A DNA stretch of 64,000 bases from Octopus sinensis (Eukaryota), in the NCBI RefSeq assembly GCF_006345805.1, contig NC_042999.1, positions 79,670,001 through 79,734,000 on the forward strand, read 5' to 3'. The first letter of the stretch is position 1, and every line of letters starts with the position of its first letter. The position numbers and the translations under genes were made by a program. The notes under the pieces are model-generated. The model was not told where the DNA came from, did not search any database, and was given only the letters and a program-made list of their open reading frames with translations. Shown piece by piece: positions 14,490 to 26,155 of this stretch.

Positions 14490-15211
14490 CAAACGAGGAG
14501 CTAGCCAACATGTTCCGAAGAAATCCTTCACCTGACAGTGCAATAGGAGTGTTTTACCTGTTCGTAATAAACTGTCTAGACATTGGATTCTGTGTCACCG
14601 GCATGCCCAAGGTGCGGGCAGGATGATGAAACCGTTCTGCACGCCCTTGTACAGTGCCAGGAGCTTTCGGGCTTGATAGTTAATGAAGAACATGTGCTGT
14701 CGCATCTAGAAAGTGTACAGCTATCGGCGGAGTGCATGATTAAGATTGCACCGCCACCCGGATTATCAAAGGAAGGTGAGGCATGTTTTTTATGCACAGC
14801 TGCAGTGTTGAAAGAATGTATAAGGAAAACTAGAATGAAAAGAGTTGCGACGGAAACATTCATCTCCGGCCTTGGTTTGCTATATTACTTCAGATATCAT
14901 CTGTAAAGCAAGATAAAGCTGGAAAAAAGATCCCCGTCGGGAAGTGTATCCGAAAAAAACATGGAAGGACGTGGAAAGGAAGTTGTGGGTGAATGACCTT
15001 GTTTAATTCATCCGTAGTAAAGCCGTGCAGTGTAGCCGGTGGACTTCGCTGCCAAAGTGTAAAATATTAAGTGTATCTAATTTATAATTGTATCTAATAT
15101 AAATCATCATATTTTTAAAATCTCATTAAACGAACTCATAGACACTGTTTGTTTGTAACGTCCTGTATTGTCCCCTCTATATATTGATATTGTATTATCA
15201 TAATAAAGAAT
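14490..15211 (+). mobile_element. 5'-truncated Tx1/L1-like LINE, ORF2 C-terminus and 3' UTR
   Basis: VLPVRNKLSRH; CPRCGQDDETVLHALVQC zinc-finger region; homologous to 62127-62528; ends TGTCCCCTCT ... AATAAAGAAT. Confidence 0.85.
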
Positions 15212-15233
15212 ACACCTCTAGTAGACGATGTGT

Positions 15234-15283
15234 TCAGTACTGAAGAAAGGCAGAAACAACCCGAAACCAGGCTGGTCTGCTGG
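15234..15283 (+). ncRNA. Type I hammerhead ribozyme, intact core
   Basis: (T)CAGTA CTGAAGA aa GG cagaaacaac CC GAA ACCAG g CTGGT C TGCTG(G). Helix I 5-6 bp, helix II 2 bp, self-complementary helix III; predicted cleavage 3' of GTC at 15277. Confidence 0.75.
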
Positions 15284-15496
15284 TCCCGTCGCTAGAAGGT
15301 GGTAAGGTTTCGTTCCCCTGCTTGCAACTGTGCATCGTTAACCAGCTAGAGATGTCCTTTTAGGGATAAAAAAATCGCAGTAAAGTCTGTTCGAACGGAC
15401 AGCTATGCTGAAGTAGCTACGAGCATTACTTCGTGTTTATTGTATCGTCTTCTAAGAGTTATACGTTCTTGTCCATGTTGTATTTTTCTACATACC

Positions 15497-15559
<63 letters not shown>

Positions 15560-16697
15560 ATATTATATATATATATATATGTATATATAATCAAAACGAA
15601 AATTAGAAATCGGATTATGCCCTGGGACAAACAATTTGGGTGGGTGGTGGGGCCATGAAGAGAGCAAGTCGAAATGATCATATATTCGAAGGAAAAAGAA
15701 GATAAAAGAAAGAAACATTTCATATGTTCTAACGAGAACAATGTTCGGAAGGAAGTTGAAAAAGTAATACTGAAGTACAAGAAATTTGTGAGAGAAATAA
15801 GTGAGTTGCTGTGTGTGAAAGAAATAGCTATCAATAATAATTGGTACACTGGGTGTAATAAAAAGAACGTGTCTAAACAAAAAACAAAAGTAACATTATA
15901 TGAGGTACTCGAATCATAATACGTAGTCTTGATCTCAAAGGAGTAGTACGTATTCAAGTAGAGACATTTTGAATGCAATAACAAAACATTACACAGACAT
16001 GTTATCTACTCAATGTAATTTCAAATCGGAAAGACTTTATTGAGAAAAAATACATAATATTTGACTTTGTACATACATTTTGAATCTCATTATTTGTTTC
16101 CACTATAAGGTCAAATACGGAAACGAAAATTTACTTAAAATATGTAGAGGAAAGTAGGAAAAAAGTATGACTTCGTTCCCGTAGATTAGTTAAAACGGAA
16201 TATAACTATAGTGCAACAAAGATGCTGTGGGGCTGAAACGGAGAGTGTGAAGGGAAAGCAACAAACCAAGAAAGACAGAAAGAGTGAGAGAAATAGAGGG
16301 TGGGGAAACAGAGAGAGGGAGTAAGAGAGATAAAAAGTGAGAGAAAGAGAGTTGAGTAAGTGGTACGGATATTATACAAAGGCTATGTTGAGGTATTGGG
16401 ATACGGTAAAAAAAATAATGGTGACGTGGTAGGATAAATATTTCACAACCGCGAAGGAGACAGAAAAGACAATGAATGTTAAACAAACGTGAGAAACGTC
16501 AGAGCAGCAATACATGCGAGTATTGTGCGTCATTTAATATATGCTGAATTACTTAATACAGTAGTAGCATATCTGTAATTCAGACGACACGCACGCGCGC
16601 ACACACACACACACACATATAATACATACATGCATACATACAAACATATATATATATATGCGTGTTGATATATTGTATTAATATTCATTTCAAATAG

Positions 16698-16910
16698 GGC
16701 GGTGAACCGGCAGAATCATTAATACGCCGGACAAAATGCTTACCGACAGTTCGTCCGTCTTTCGAATCTGAGTTCAAACTCCACAATGGTCGAATTTGCC
16801 TTTCATTCTCTTGGGGGGTCGATAAAATAAAGTACCTGTTGAGTACAAGGGGTTGCTGTAAGAGACTTCCCCAACTCCCCCGAAACTGCTGGCCTTGTGC
16901 CAAAATTAGG
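16698..16910 (+). mobile_element. Nin-domain tRNA SINE (diverged)
   Basis: GGCGGTGAACCGGCAGAATC head, GAGTTCAAAC B box, GCCTTTCAT...GGGTCGATAAAATAAAGTACC. Confidence 0.85.
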
Positions 16911-17768
16911 AACAAATTTCCAAAAAGGTGACAAAAGTATATTTGATTATAACGGATCTCCATCAAAACGATGCATTATAAGGTTTATCTGGTTTGGATT
17001 TGAACGTGAATTCATCGCCTTTCATCTGTATAAGACTGAATTTACAGTGAGTTAAAATAATATAATAAAACCTTCATATCTGTGATGGTACTACAGCTGG
17101 ACACCGAAAGTACCCGAGAAGAGCCACCCAACTAAACGGTATAAAGACATTCAAATTCATGCTCCATCCTCTAGTTTACAGGCATGCTGTTTTTATTATA
17201 ATCACATCTACCCCCTGGGCTGGCTGGCTGGGTATATGTCACTCCACTCAGGCAGTTCTTCACCCTCGTGACTCGACTTCTCCACAGCGTTAGACTTGAC
17301 ACCTGGTCTTTACTTCTGAGAATTCCTTCTGTGCGCATAGTTTCCTGCAAGACTTGACTTACAACAGTTTAAGGAAAACATTAATATCATCGATCTCATC
17401 GACCAAGAAGGGCTCTCGAAGGCCGTCTGCACGGCGGCCTCAGCTGGATCCAGTAAATAAAATAGCAACAAAAAAAAAGCACGGAAATAATGGTAAACTT
17501 ATTGGGTTATTTCTGAAAACTTTATCCAAAAAAAACTGAAAGTGTAGCCTGTGTTGCGTCTGTATCAAAAGATAGTTGCTCATCTGCTATTCATTGAAAA
17601 GTGAAGGAAACTGGAATACGGCGATTACTTAATGCACTTTATATATACATTTTTAATACTTTATGCACAATTTTATAGACTTAGTACACAACACTCTCCG
17701 TCTTTCTCTCCCACTATTCACCTTATCCTCTTTTTCTCTATCACTTTTCTCTCGCTCTTCGCTTTTTC

Positions 17769-18080
17769 CTTCAACTAATCACGTGAAAGCGTTACAGAAG
17801 GGCTAAGTAACGGACGAGGAAAAATTTTAGTTTAAAAAATTATACATTTCACTCACTACCACTTCTCCCTCCAACTCCCCTCCCATCTCATCCCTCCCCC
17901 ACTTTCCTCTCCCCTTCAGCTAATCACGTGGAAGCGTTACAGACGGGCTAAGTAAAGGAGAAAAAATCTTAGCTGAAAAAGAAACTACACATTTCACTCA
18001 CAAACTCCTCTCCCTTCCTTCCCTCTCCCCTTCAACTAATCGCTTGGAAGCGTTACGGACGGGCTAAGTAACGGAGAAAC
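17769..18080. repeat. Three dispersed-tandem copies of a ~50 bp motif with pyrimidine-rich spacers
   Basis: CTTCA(A/G)CTAATC(A/G)C(G/T)TG(A/G)AAGCGTTAC(A/G)GA(A/C)GGGCTAAGTAA at 17769, 17914 and 18030. Confidence 0.9.
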
Positions 18081-18647
18081 AAGCAGAATTTTTATAAGAT
18101 AACAATGAACGTTGATTTTGAACGTATATTCACATTAGAATGATATCTACTGGTTGTACCATAGCCTGGCCACAGCCTTAGGGCTGAAATGTATAAAAGT
18201 ATAAAAAAATTAGAAGCAAGATTGAAAAAAAAAGAATCGATGATGGTAAAAAATATTTAAATTGATACTGAAGGAAATTTGTAAAAGAAGAGATTGCAGA
18301 GAGAAGTGAAGAATTGCAACCATGATCTCCCCCTAGTAATTGTAACCAGAACACCCAGGACAAGTCTAAACGAAGTAACATGTTAAGCAAGCTACTATGT
18401 GGTAGTTCAGTTTTCTTGAAATAGCAACCAAATCTTATTCCAATGATACAATGCTACCTTATATAAGGACATGAAACATTTAATTATGTAATTCCAAATG
18501 AACACAAACAACCCACTGACCACGGTATTTAAACAGTAACAATGAAAGCAATAAAAACAGTATAACTGCATTGGCAAGTTATTTATTGGCTACAGCACTG
18601 TGTTGACTTGTTTTATGTCCCACAATAATAAATATAGCAGCATATAT

Positions 18648-18825
18648 AAGCATAGGCATGGCTGGGTCGTAAGAAGTTTGCTTTCCAGCTATATGGTTCC
18701 AGATTCAGTCCCATTGTGTGGCACCTTGTACAAGTATCTTCTACAATAGCCACGAGTCGACCAAAACCTAACGAGTGGACTTGACTGAGGGAAACTGAAA
18801 GAAACATGTCGCATACACACACATA

Positions 18826-18864
<39 letters not shown>

Positions 18865-19545
18865 TATATATTATATATATATATATATATATACACGCAT
18901 ATGTGTGTGTGTGTCCTACCACCACTTGACAATCGGTAATAGTGTGTTTGCAAAGGCAGCGAGCTGGCAGAAACGCTAGCATGTCGGGCGAAACGCTTAG
19001 CGGTATTTCGTCTGTCTTTACGTTCTGAGTTCAAATTCCGTCGAGGTCGACTTTGCCTTTCATCCTTTCGGGGTCGATAAATTAAGTACCAGTTATGCTC
19101 CGACGTCGATGTAATCCCATTGTCTGTCCTTGTTTGTCCCCTCTATGTTTAGCCCTTTGTGGGCAATAAAGAAATAAGAAACGTTAGCACGTCGGACGTA
19201 ACGCTTAGCGGTATTTCGTCTGTCTTTATGTTCTGAGTTCAAATTCTGCCGAGGTCGACTTTGCCTTTCATCTTTCCGGGGCCGATAAATTAAGTACCAT
19301 TTGCGTACTGGGGTCAATCTAATCGAGTGCCCCTTCTCCAAAAATTTCCGGCCTTATGCCTACAGTAGAAAAGAATGTGTTTGCATCTACGCACTTTAGC
19401 GGTTCGGTAAACGAGACCGATAAAATAAGTACCAGGTTTAAAATAAAATTAAGTACTGAAGTCGATACGTTCGACTAAATTTCTTCTAGGTGGTGTCCCA
19501 GTATGTCCGCAATCTGAAGACTGAAGCAAGTAAAATATAAAGAAG
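18648..19545 (+). mobile_element. CORE-type composite SINE interrupted by a nested SINE dimer
   Basis: Head 18648-18812 (GTGGCACCTTGTACAAG...GGAAACTGAAAGAA), (TA)n, TTGACAATC...GTGTTTGCA, then after the insertion TTAGCGGTTCGG...GAGACCGATA...GACTGAAGCAAGTAAAA. Same family as 32498-32902. Confidence 0.75.
18953..19375 (+). mobile_element. Dimeric Nin-domain SINE with internal Tx1-like tail and 10-bp TSD
   Basis: Two head-plus-Nin units joined by TGTCCCCTCT...AATAAAGAAA (19135-19174); TGTGTTTGCA at 18943-18952 and 19376-19385. Confidence 0.85.
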
Positions 19546-20062
19546 TCCGGCATTGGTTTATTTGATAATAAGTGTCTTTAATTTAGGAACACGAATATCA
19601 GCTGTCATGAGTAACAAAGAAAGAACTATGACATCAAGCGAGGTTTGAACTTGGGACGAAAGGAACCAGAGAAAAAAAATCAAAAGACAGTTGGCCGGAT
19701 GCTCTAACTTTCTCAAAACGCGCGCGGTTGTTGAATTTAATTGAATTGTTAAAACTACGAACTATATATGCATATATACCATTTGTTCAGAGTTCAAGGT
19801 TTTTAATATTTCCCAATGCAAAGCAAGAAAATAGTAACATGTAAAATGATACAATAAAACTTAGAATAAAATTATTCCATTCTAAAAAGACTCAAACTAA
19901 ATATTATGTTATTGGAATAATGGAATTTATATCCTTTAAGTAAAATGTTAAAGTGATTCATTTGTGGAAATGGACAGCTTTCAAATGGCGAAAGTGAACG
20001 CTGAAGAAAAACATTTCTGTCTTTCAATTCTATTTTAAACATTTCAATTTTATTATACTGCA

Positions 20063-20096
<34 letters not shown>

Positions 20097-20344
20097 AACG
20101 TGCGAAGAAATATTGTTTTTAATTCTTTTGGGTCCATAAAAAATCGCATTTAATTTCCTCCACCTCTTCTATCAATTGGTAATAAAATAGGTATTGTTAG
20201 CACTCAGGGGAGGTCGATGTGTATTTTTGAACATATCGCAGAAAGAGGAAAAATAAGTAAGAGGAATATTACACTATATCAAACGTAACGTATGAGCGAT
20301 TCTAAAGTAACACCTAACAGAAAGTATATATATATATATATATT

Positions 20345-20398
<54 letters not shown>

Positions 20399-20602
20399 AA
20401 ATGCTAAAAGCTCTATTGAAATTTATGTGTATATATATATGTGTGTATGTGTGTGTGTATATATAATATATATACATATATATAAATATGCACACACACA
20501 CACACAAACATGTAAATATATTACACATACATGCATGCATATATATATATCCATTCATACAATCATACATCATACAAATAAATACAAACATGCATACATA
20601 TA

Positions 20603-20645
<43 letters not shown>

Positions 20646-20650
20646 ATATA

Positions 20651-20812
20651 GTCGCACGTGTGACTGTGGACAAAAGTTTGCTTCGCAGCCACATGGTTCT
20701 GAGTTCAGTCTTACAGCGTTGCACGTCGGGCAGGAGCCTTCTACTATGGTCGCGGGCCAACCGAGGTCTTGTGAATGGATTTGGTAGACGAAGCTGAAAG
20801 AGTTCCATCGTA
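20651..20812 (+). mobile_element. CORE-type SINE head (diverged)
   Basis: GGTTCTGAGTTCAGTC...GTGAATGGATTTGGTAGACGAAGCTGAAAGA matches the family at 32498-32902. Confidence 0.8.
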
Positions 20813-20976
20813 TATATATATATATATTATATATATATATATATAGAATATGCATGTATATTTGTGTTTCGATGGAGGGAAACTGTACAGAAGCCTATGG
20901 CGTATATATATAATATATATATATATATACCGTGGGCCACTACATCGAACACTTTGAACATATACTTCAAACTACA

Positions 20977-21040
20977 TATCAACTATACATGAACTGTATA
21001 TCAACTATACATGAACTATATATCAACTATACATGAACTC
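20977..21040. repeat. 22-bp tandem repeat, about 3 copies
   Basis: TATCAACTATACATGAACT(G/A)TA at 20977, 20999 and 21021. Confidence 0.9.
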
Positions 21041-21119
21041 TAAGATGTCTGACTCCGTTGTGTATTATAAATGAATTTCTTGTGTTTGACGGCATGAGCT
21101 GTCTTTTTTTATATATAAC

Positions 21120-21163
21120 TTTTTTTGATAAAGTTCATTTCAGGAACTGAAACATGTTATAAT
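21120..21163 (+). ncRNA. Hammerhead-like motif with U3/A8 core variant and weak helix I
   Basis: TTGATAA AGTTC atttcag GAACT GAAAC AT GTT. Perfect 5-bp helix II and palindromic ACATGT helix III; helix I pairs only 3 of 5. Confidence 0.4.
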
Positions 21164-21985
21164 GTATATATATAAAAATTAAAAATTGTATAATACAGCA
21201 GCATTTTCGAACTTCATTTTTTACAAATATATACCTACTCGTATACGAGCTAATCCTATTATAAATATATATATATGTATATACATCGGTGTGTTAGTAT
21301 CTGTGTATGAGCTTGTACATGCTTAAGTACGCCCACGTATGTTTACGTCTAGACTTCTGAAAAAGATGTTTCTGTTGCATCCTTTCCTGATTCTCAAATT
21401 TTGGTTCGACATAAAAGTATTGGAACTGATATGATTGGTTGAATCCTTGAAATCAGAATGGAGCAACAAAATGGTTACACTCAAAATGGTTACACTCAAG
21501 TAACAGAAATTATTAGGTAATTCATTCCGTTGCTTATCAGAATCTCACTTAAATGTTATCGCAGACGTGTCTCAGTTCAGGCAGTGGTCGGGAACTTGAT
21601 CGGCGTACAGGATCAGCAGCAACTAACTAACTCGATCCTCAATGGTGGAGGGTCTTAATGTGATTATAAAAAATGTGGTAAAACTTTCATTGAAGCTATT
21701 TGACTGGACCTTTTATTGTAACGTTGAACACACGGGAAAAATCTGCGATCGTCAAAACTGAGTGATTCTGAGGCCATTATACCTCAGCGGTATGATAATT
21801 GTCCCTGGCGATAATGAGACAATAACTGTGAAATCTGAGATAAACCGTCTAAGATAGGGATGTGCTATTGCTTAAAAACTCATTTGAAACGGGTTTTGTC
21901 AACGATACTTCCATGTTCAAGATGAAGGCTCACATCCAAAACTATTGCATTTGTGAAGAGAAGCATATGCACGCGGGCATGCACA

Positions 21986-22026
<41 letters not shown>

Positions 22027-22031
22027 ACACA

Positions 22032-22074
<43 letters not shown>

Positions 22075-22739
22075 GCACGCACCACGCACACACATTGACA
22101 GTTTTCGCAAACTTCAGCAACAATATACACGAAATCGTACTAAAAACAATGCTAAATATAATTACTTAAAATATTTTCTAAGTTCTGTTATGAATTCATG
22201 AGTATTTATGTGTGCGACATTAAATTTGCAACGGTTCAATGCTCTTCCAAAGTTTCGGTGCATTGTTTACATAGTAATGATTATAATAAATCGCAAAAAG
22301 TAATTAAAAGAACGATTATTCGCTTCGTAATAAATTTTGAAATCACCTATCTCGAATAACTGTCGACTGGGCTAATGAGCAACACAAACAACTCGGCTTG
22401 AAATCTGCAAAGTACCACATCAGACAAAATATAATTTTAAGAGCAAAATGCTAAAGGCTCTGTTGAAATTTAAATAGGAGGAAGAAAGAATGAGCACATC
22501 TTTATCACAGAACACACCTAATGCACACATACACTCATACATACATACATACATACATACATACATACATACATACATACATACATACATACATACATAC
22601 ACATGCATGTGTGTGTATGTGTGTGGGCAAATACGTATATATACACACATATATACACATACATAAATATATAGATGCATATATGTATGTGAATATATGT
22701 GTTTGTGTGTATTTGTGTATGTGTGTGTGACTGTGTGTG

Positions 22740-23345
22740 TATACAACGTACATTCCAGAATTTTAGAAGATTTTAAACTTTTCCAGGAGAGACATTGAAA
22801 GAAAAACCTAATCTCCTTCGAAGAAGGCCCCCCCCCCTTTACTTCAATGCTCTTGTTGTTGAGCCTCATCCACTTCGCGAAAGCTTCACGGAACTCTTCC
22901 AAAATGAAGGCCTTAAGATCCCTTGTCACAGCTTCTATCACCTACAAAATCACCACCCCTGAGGTTGTCCTTTAGTTTAGGAAGCAACAAAAAGTCAAAG
23001 GAAGCTACTTCTTGAATGCAAGAAGGATAACGAACACTTTTGAGGCCGATCTCTGTCAAGTAGTTGGTTACCAAGATGTTCGTCCCTAGTTTATATCTTC
23101 ATGAATAATTTTGTGTACATTTGCGACACCAAATCCCAGAAAATTGCGAACTTTCTCTTATGTTCTGAGTCCCCCACCTTCAACACTTGTCATCTTCTCG
23201 CACGCCATTTCTGCCATACTTGAATTTCTTGTGCTAACGAAAAATTTCTGTAGCGTTTTTTTTCCAGTTTAACACAAAACTTTATTGCATACCTAGCTTC
23301 CAAATGTTCCCGCTGCATTCTGAAAACTAATCAGCTGTGACAAAC
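22740..23345 (-). mobile_element. Internally deleted mariner relic
   Basis: Minus strand MQREHLEARYAIKFCVKL (N-terminus) joined to VASFDFLLLPKLKDNLRG and EEFREAFAKWMRLNNKSIEVKGG (C-terminus). Confidence 0.8.
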
Positions 23346-24431
23346 AATGTTTAGTAGGGTGTATATCAAAATGCTATTACATCCGTTTCCATATAACAAT
23401 CTGGAATACGAAAATTTGGCAGGTCAGCTTATTAGATGTGTAGTAATGATATACATACAAGGATGTCTAGGAAACAGAGTTCTTCCTTCATAATGTATAA
23501 AATTTGCAGATCTTTTATGTTTAAGATTCTATATGAATAGAACGATCCTAAATCTCACTTTGTATTTTGTCCATCGTAAGCATAAATATCTCCGTTTCTG
23601 GCTGAAACCATACTACCTATTAAACCTACATTCTCCATTTTACTATACTTTATGAAAGGAGAAGGTGATAATGAAGAATTTTTTACACTTTGACCCACTG
23701 CTCCAAATTTAGATCAGGATATAAAGTCAAGGAAAAGTACGTTTTTTTTGTAAAAAAAAAAAAGTCATGGTAATGTGTATACAAAGATCTTGATGTAATT
23801 ATTGAAAACGAATAGCATATCTAGATTCAGCTCAAGAAAGTGCTTCAGGGACAATTCTATATTCAACAGAATCCTTTCCCTCCTCTAATTCAGTAGATCT
23901 ATGTAATTAGGAACTGGACATGTACATATATACTTAAATGATACTTCTGGAAAGTTTTACAAAAATTTAGTTCAAGTGATGGATTGAATCTGTAATTATC
24001 GAATCAGATTTATCCATTCTTCTAATTTTGAGAAGCCTAATTTCTCAATATGAGTATTTAGGCAGTGTTGACCTGTATCCCTATTCCGATGCCTCATATT
24101 TACAGGTATAAATCAGAACTTGCAATCTGGATAGAGTAACTGCAGATTTCTCAATAGTTCAGGGTAGGGATTCTCTTTTGCACTGATCTTCAGCATTATG
24201 TTAGTATGTTGGGCGACTGATTAGCACATCAGTTTCTCTTCTCTTTCCTAAATCATTATATAAGGTCTATTGGGTTATATTTTATTGAGGTTTTCACTGA
24301 GACATTCCACCAGAAGCCTTTTTATTATGAATGGCTATGGCTTCAACCATACTCTGGGTTCTTATTTTCTAGTCCATGGGTCAACCTTCCGACAGATTTC
24401 ATTATCTAATGTCCTAAGCAAAACACCATGT

Positions 24432-24484
24432 CTCATCATAAGCGTCATCACGGTAGATAATACCGTGATGACGCTTATGATGAG
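24432..24484. other. Perfect 24-bp hairpin with 5-nt loop
   Basis: CTCATCATAAGCGTCATCACGGTA-GATAA-TACCGTGATGACGCTTATGATGAG. Confidence 0.95.
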
Positions 24485-24575
24485 GGGGCTATCTTTGATG
24501 TTAACCCCACAAAGTCTGCATCGGTTCACGCATTTTACTGCTTTCCTTGCATCTCTGTCTGTCTATCTGCTTGTC

Positions 24576-24607
<32 letters not shown>

Positions 24608-25142
24608 TGTATGTATGTATGTATGTATGTATGTATGTATGTATGTATGTACGTATGTATGCACCTAGGTACGAACGTATGTATGTATTTCTGTATGTAT
24701 GTGTATATGTATATGTGCGTGTGTGCATGTTTGTGTATGAATATATTGAGATTGATGAATATGCAGACACACAGACAGATAGATAGATAGATATGGATAC
24801 ACGTACATGAATAAGCATAACGGCAATGTAACCTGAGATATAGAAATTTAACAAATTTCAATAAATTATATGTGTGGTTGCTGGGGGCGGGGGGAGTCGA
24901 TCGGTGTTTGTGATACAGAAATCTAAAAAAAAGACGAAGATGATGTAAAATAATAAACAAGCATATATATGCGGATAAATATTAAGTAAAAAACAAAACA
25001 GTATATACGCATTAGTTATTTTATAAGAGAATATGCATGTGTATATAAATATATATGTATATATAAACAAACAGACATACACACTTACACACACATATAT
25101 ATATGCGCTTGCATTGCATTATACAATATATATACATACATC

Positions 25143-25492
25143 GTGGTACTCCGTCGGTTACGACGACGTGGGTTCCAGTTAATCCTATCAACGGAACAGC
25201 CTGCCCCTGAAATTAACGTGCAAGTGGATGAGACAAGTATACCTTTAACGTAGTTCTCGGGGAGATTCAGCGTGACACAGTGTGATAAGGCTGGCCCTTT
25301 GAAATACAAGTACAACAGAAACAGGAAGGAAGAGTGAGAGAAAGATGTGGTGAAAGAGTACAGCCGGGTTCGCCAACAGCTCCTGCCAGAGCCCCGTAGA
25401 ACTTTAGGTGTTTTCACTCAATAATCATTCATAACGCCCGGTCTGGGAATTGAAACCGCGAGTCCGCTGCCCTAACCACTGGGCCATTGCGT
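25143..25492 (-). mobile_element. tRNA-derived SINE
   Basis: Head CGCAATGGCCCAGTGGTTAGGGCAGCGGACTCGCGGTTTCAATTCCCAGACC (A box and B-box-like motif). Confidence 0.8.
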
Positions 25493-26102
25493 TTCCATAC
25501 ATGCATCTACATCTATATGTACGTTTACAAAAATGTGTACATAATTATATCTATAAATTTAAGTATCGTGTGTGTGCGTGTATGTGCGTTTGTGCGTGCG
25601 TGTGTTTATGTGTGTGTGTATGTGTGTGTATGTGTTCGTGCGTGTGTGCGTGATTTGTGTGTGTGTAAATGTGTGTAAGTATATATGTCCGTATCCGATT
25701 GTGCATGTATATTTCTTTTAGTCATGCAAACAATATGAAGTGGCAGGAATATCAAATTGTATAAAGTGAAAAGTGAAAAATGAATATTAGACTGGATAGC
25801 ATTACGTCTTTGATTTAGTGCCATGTAATCTCTCCAGACTTCCTGGTCAAAACACCAGTAGAAAAGAGGGGAGATGCGAAAAACAACAAGAAAAAAGACA
25901 AGCAAAGAAGTGTGCGAAGTTAGTAGAATTTTCATTTGAAAGAAATGAAACGATCAAATGCTAAATATTAATAATCTACTAAGTGAGTGCAGTACGCAAG
26001 TGCAAGGTGAATATAAACATGTTCTCTCTGAATGTATGTATGTATGTATGTATGTATGTATGTATGTATGTATGTATTGTATGTATGTATGTAGTATGTA
26101 TG

Positions 26103-26155
<53 letters not shown>

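Noticed and set aside
15674-15919. 81-aa non-repetitive ORF as a host exon
   Set aside because: Lysine-rich from A-rich composition, with no recognisable domain or splice context.
23560-24420. Non-repetitive stretch as a possible gene or transposase relic
   Set aside because: Stops in the frames I translated and no motif I can recognise; needs a BLASTX/HMM search.
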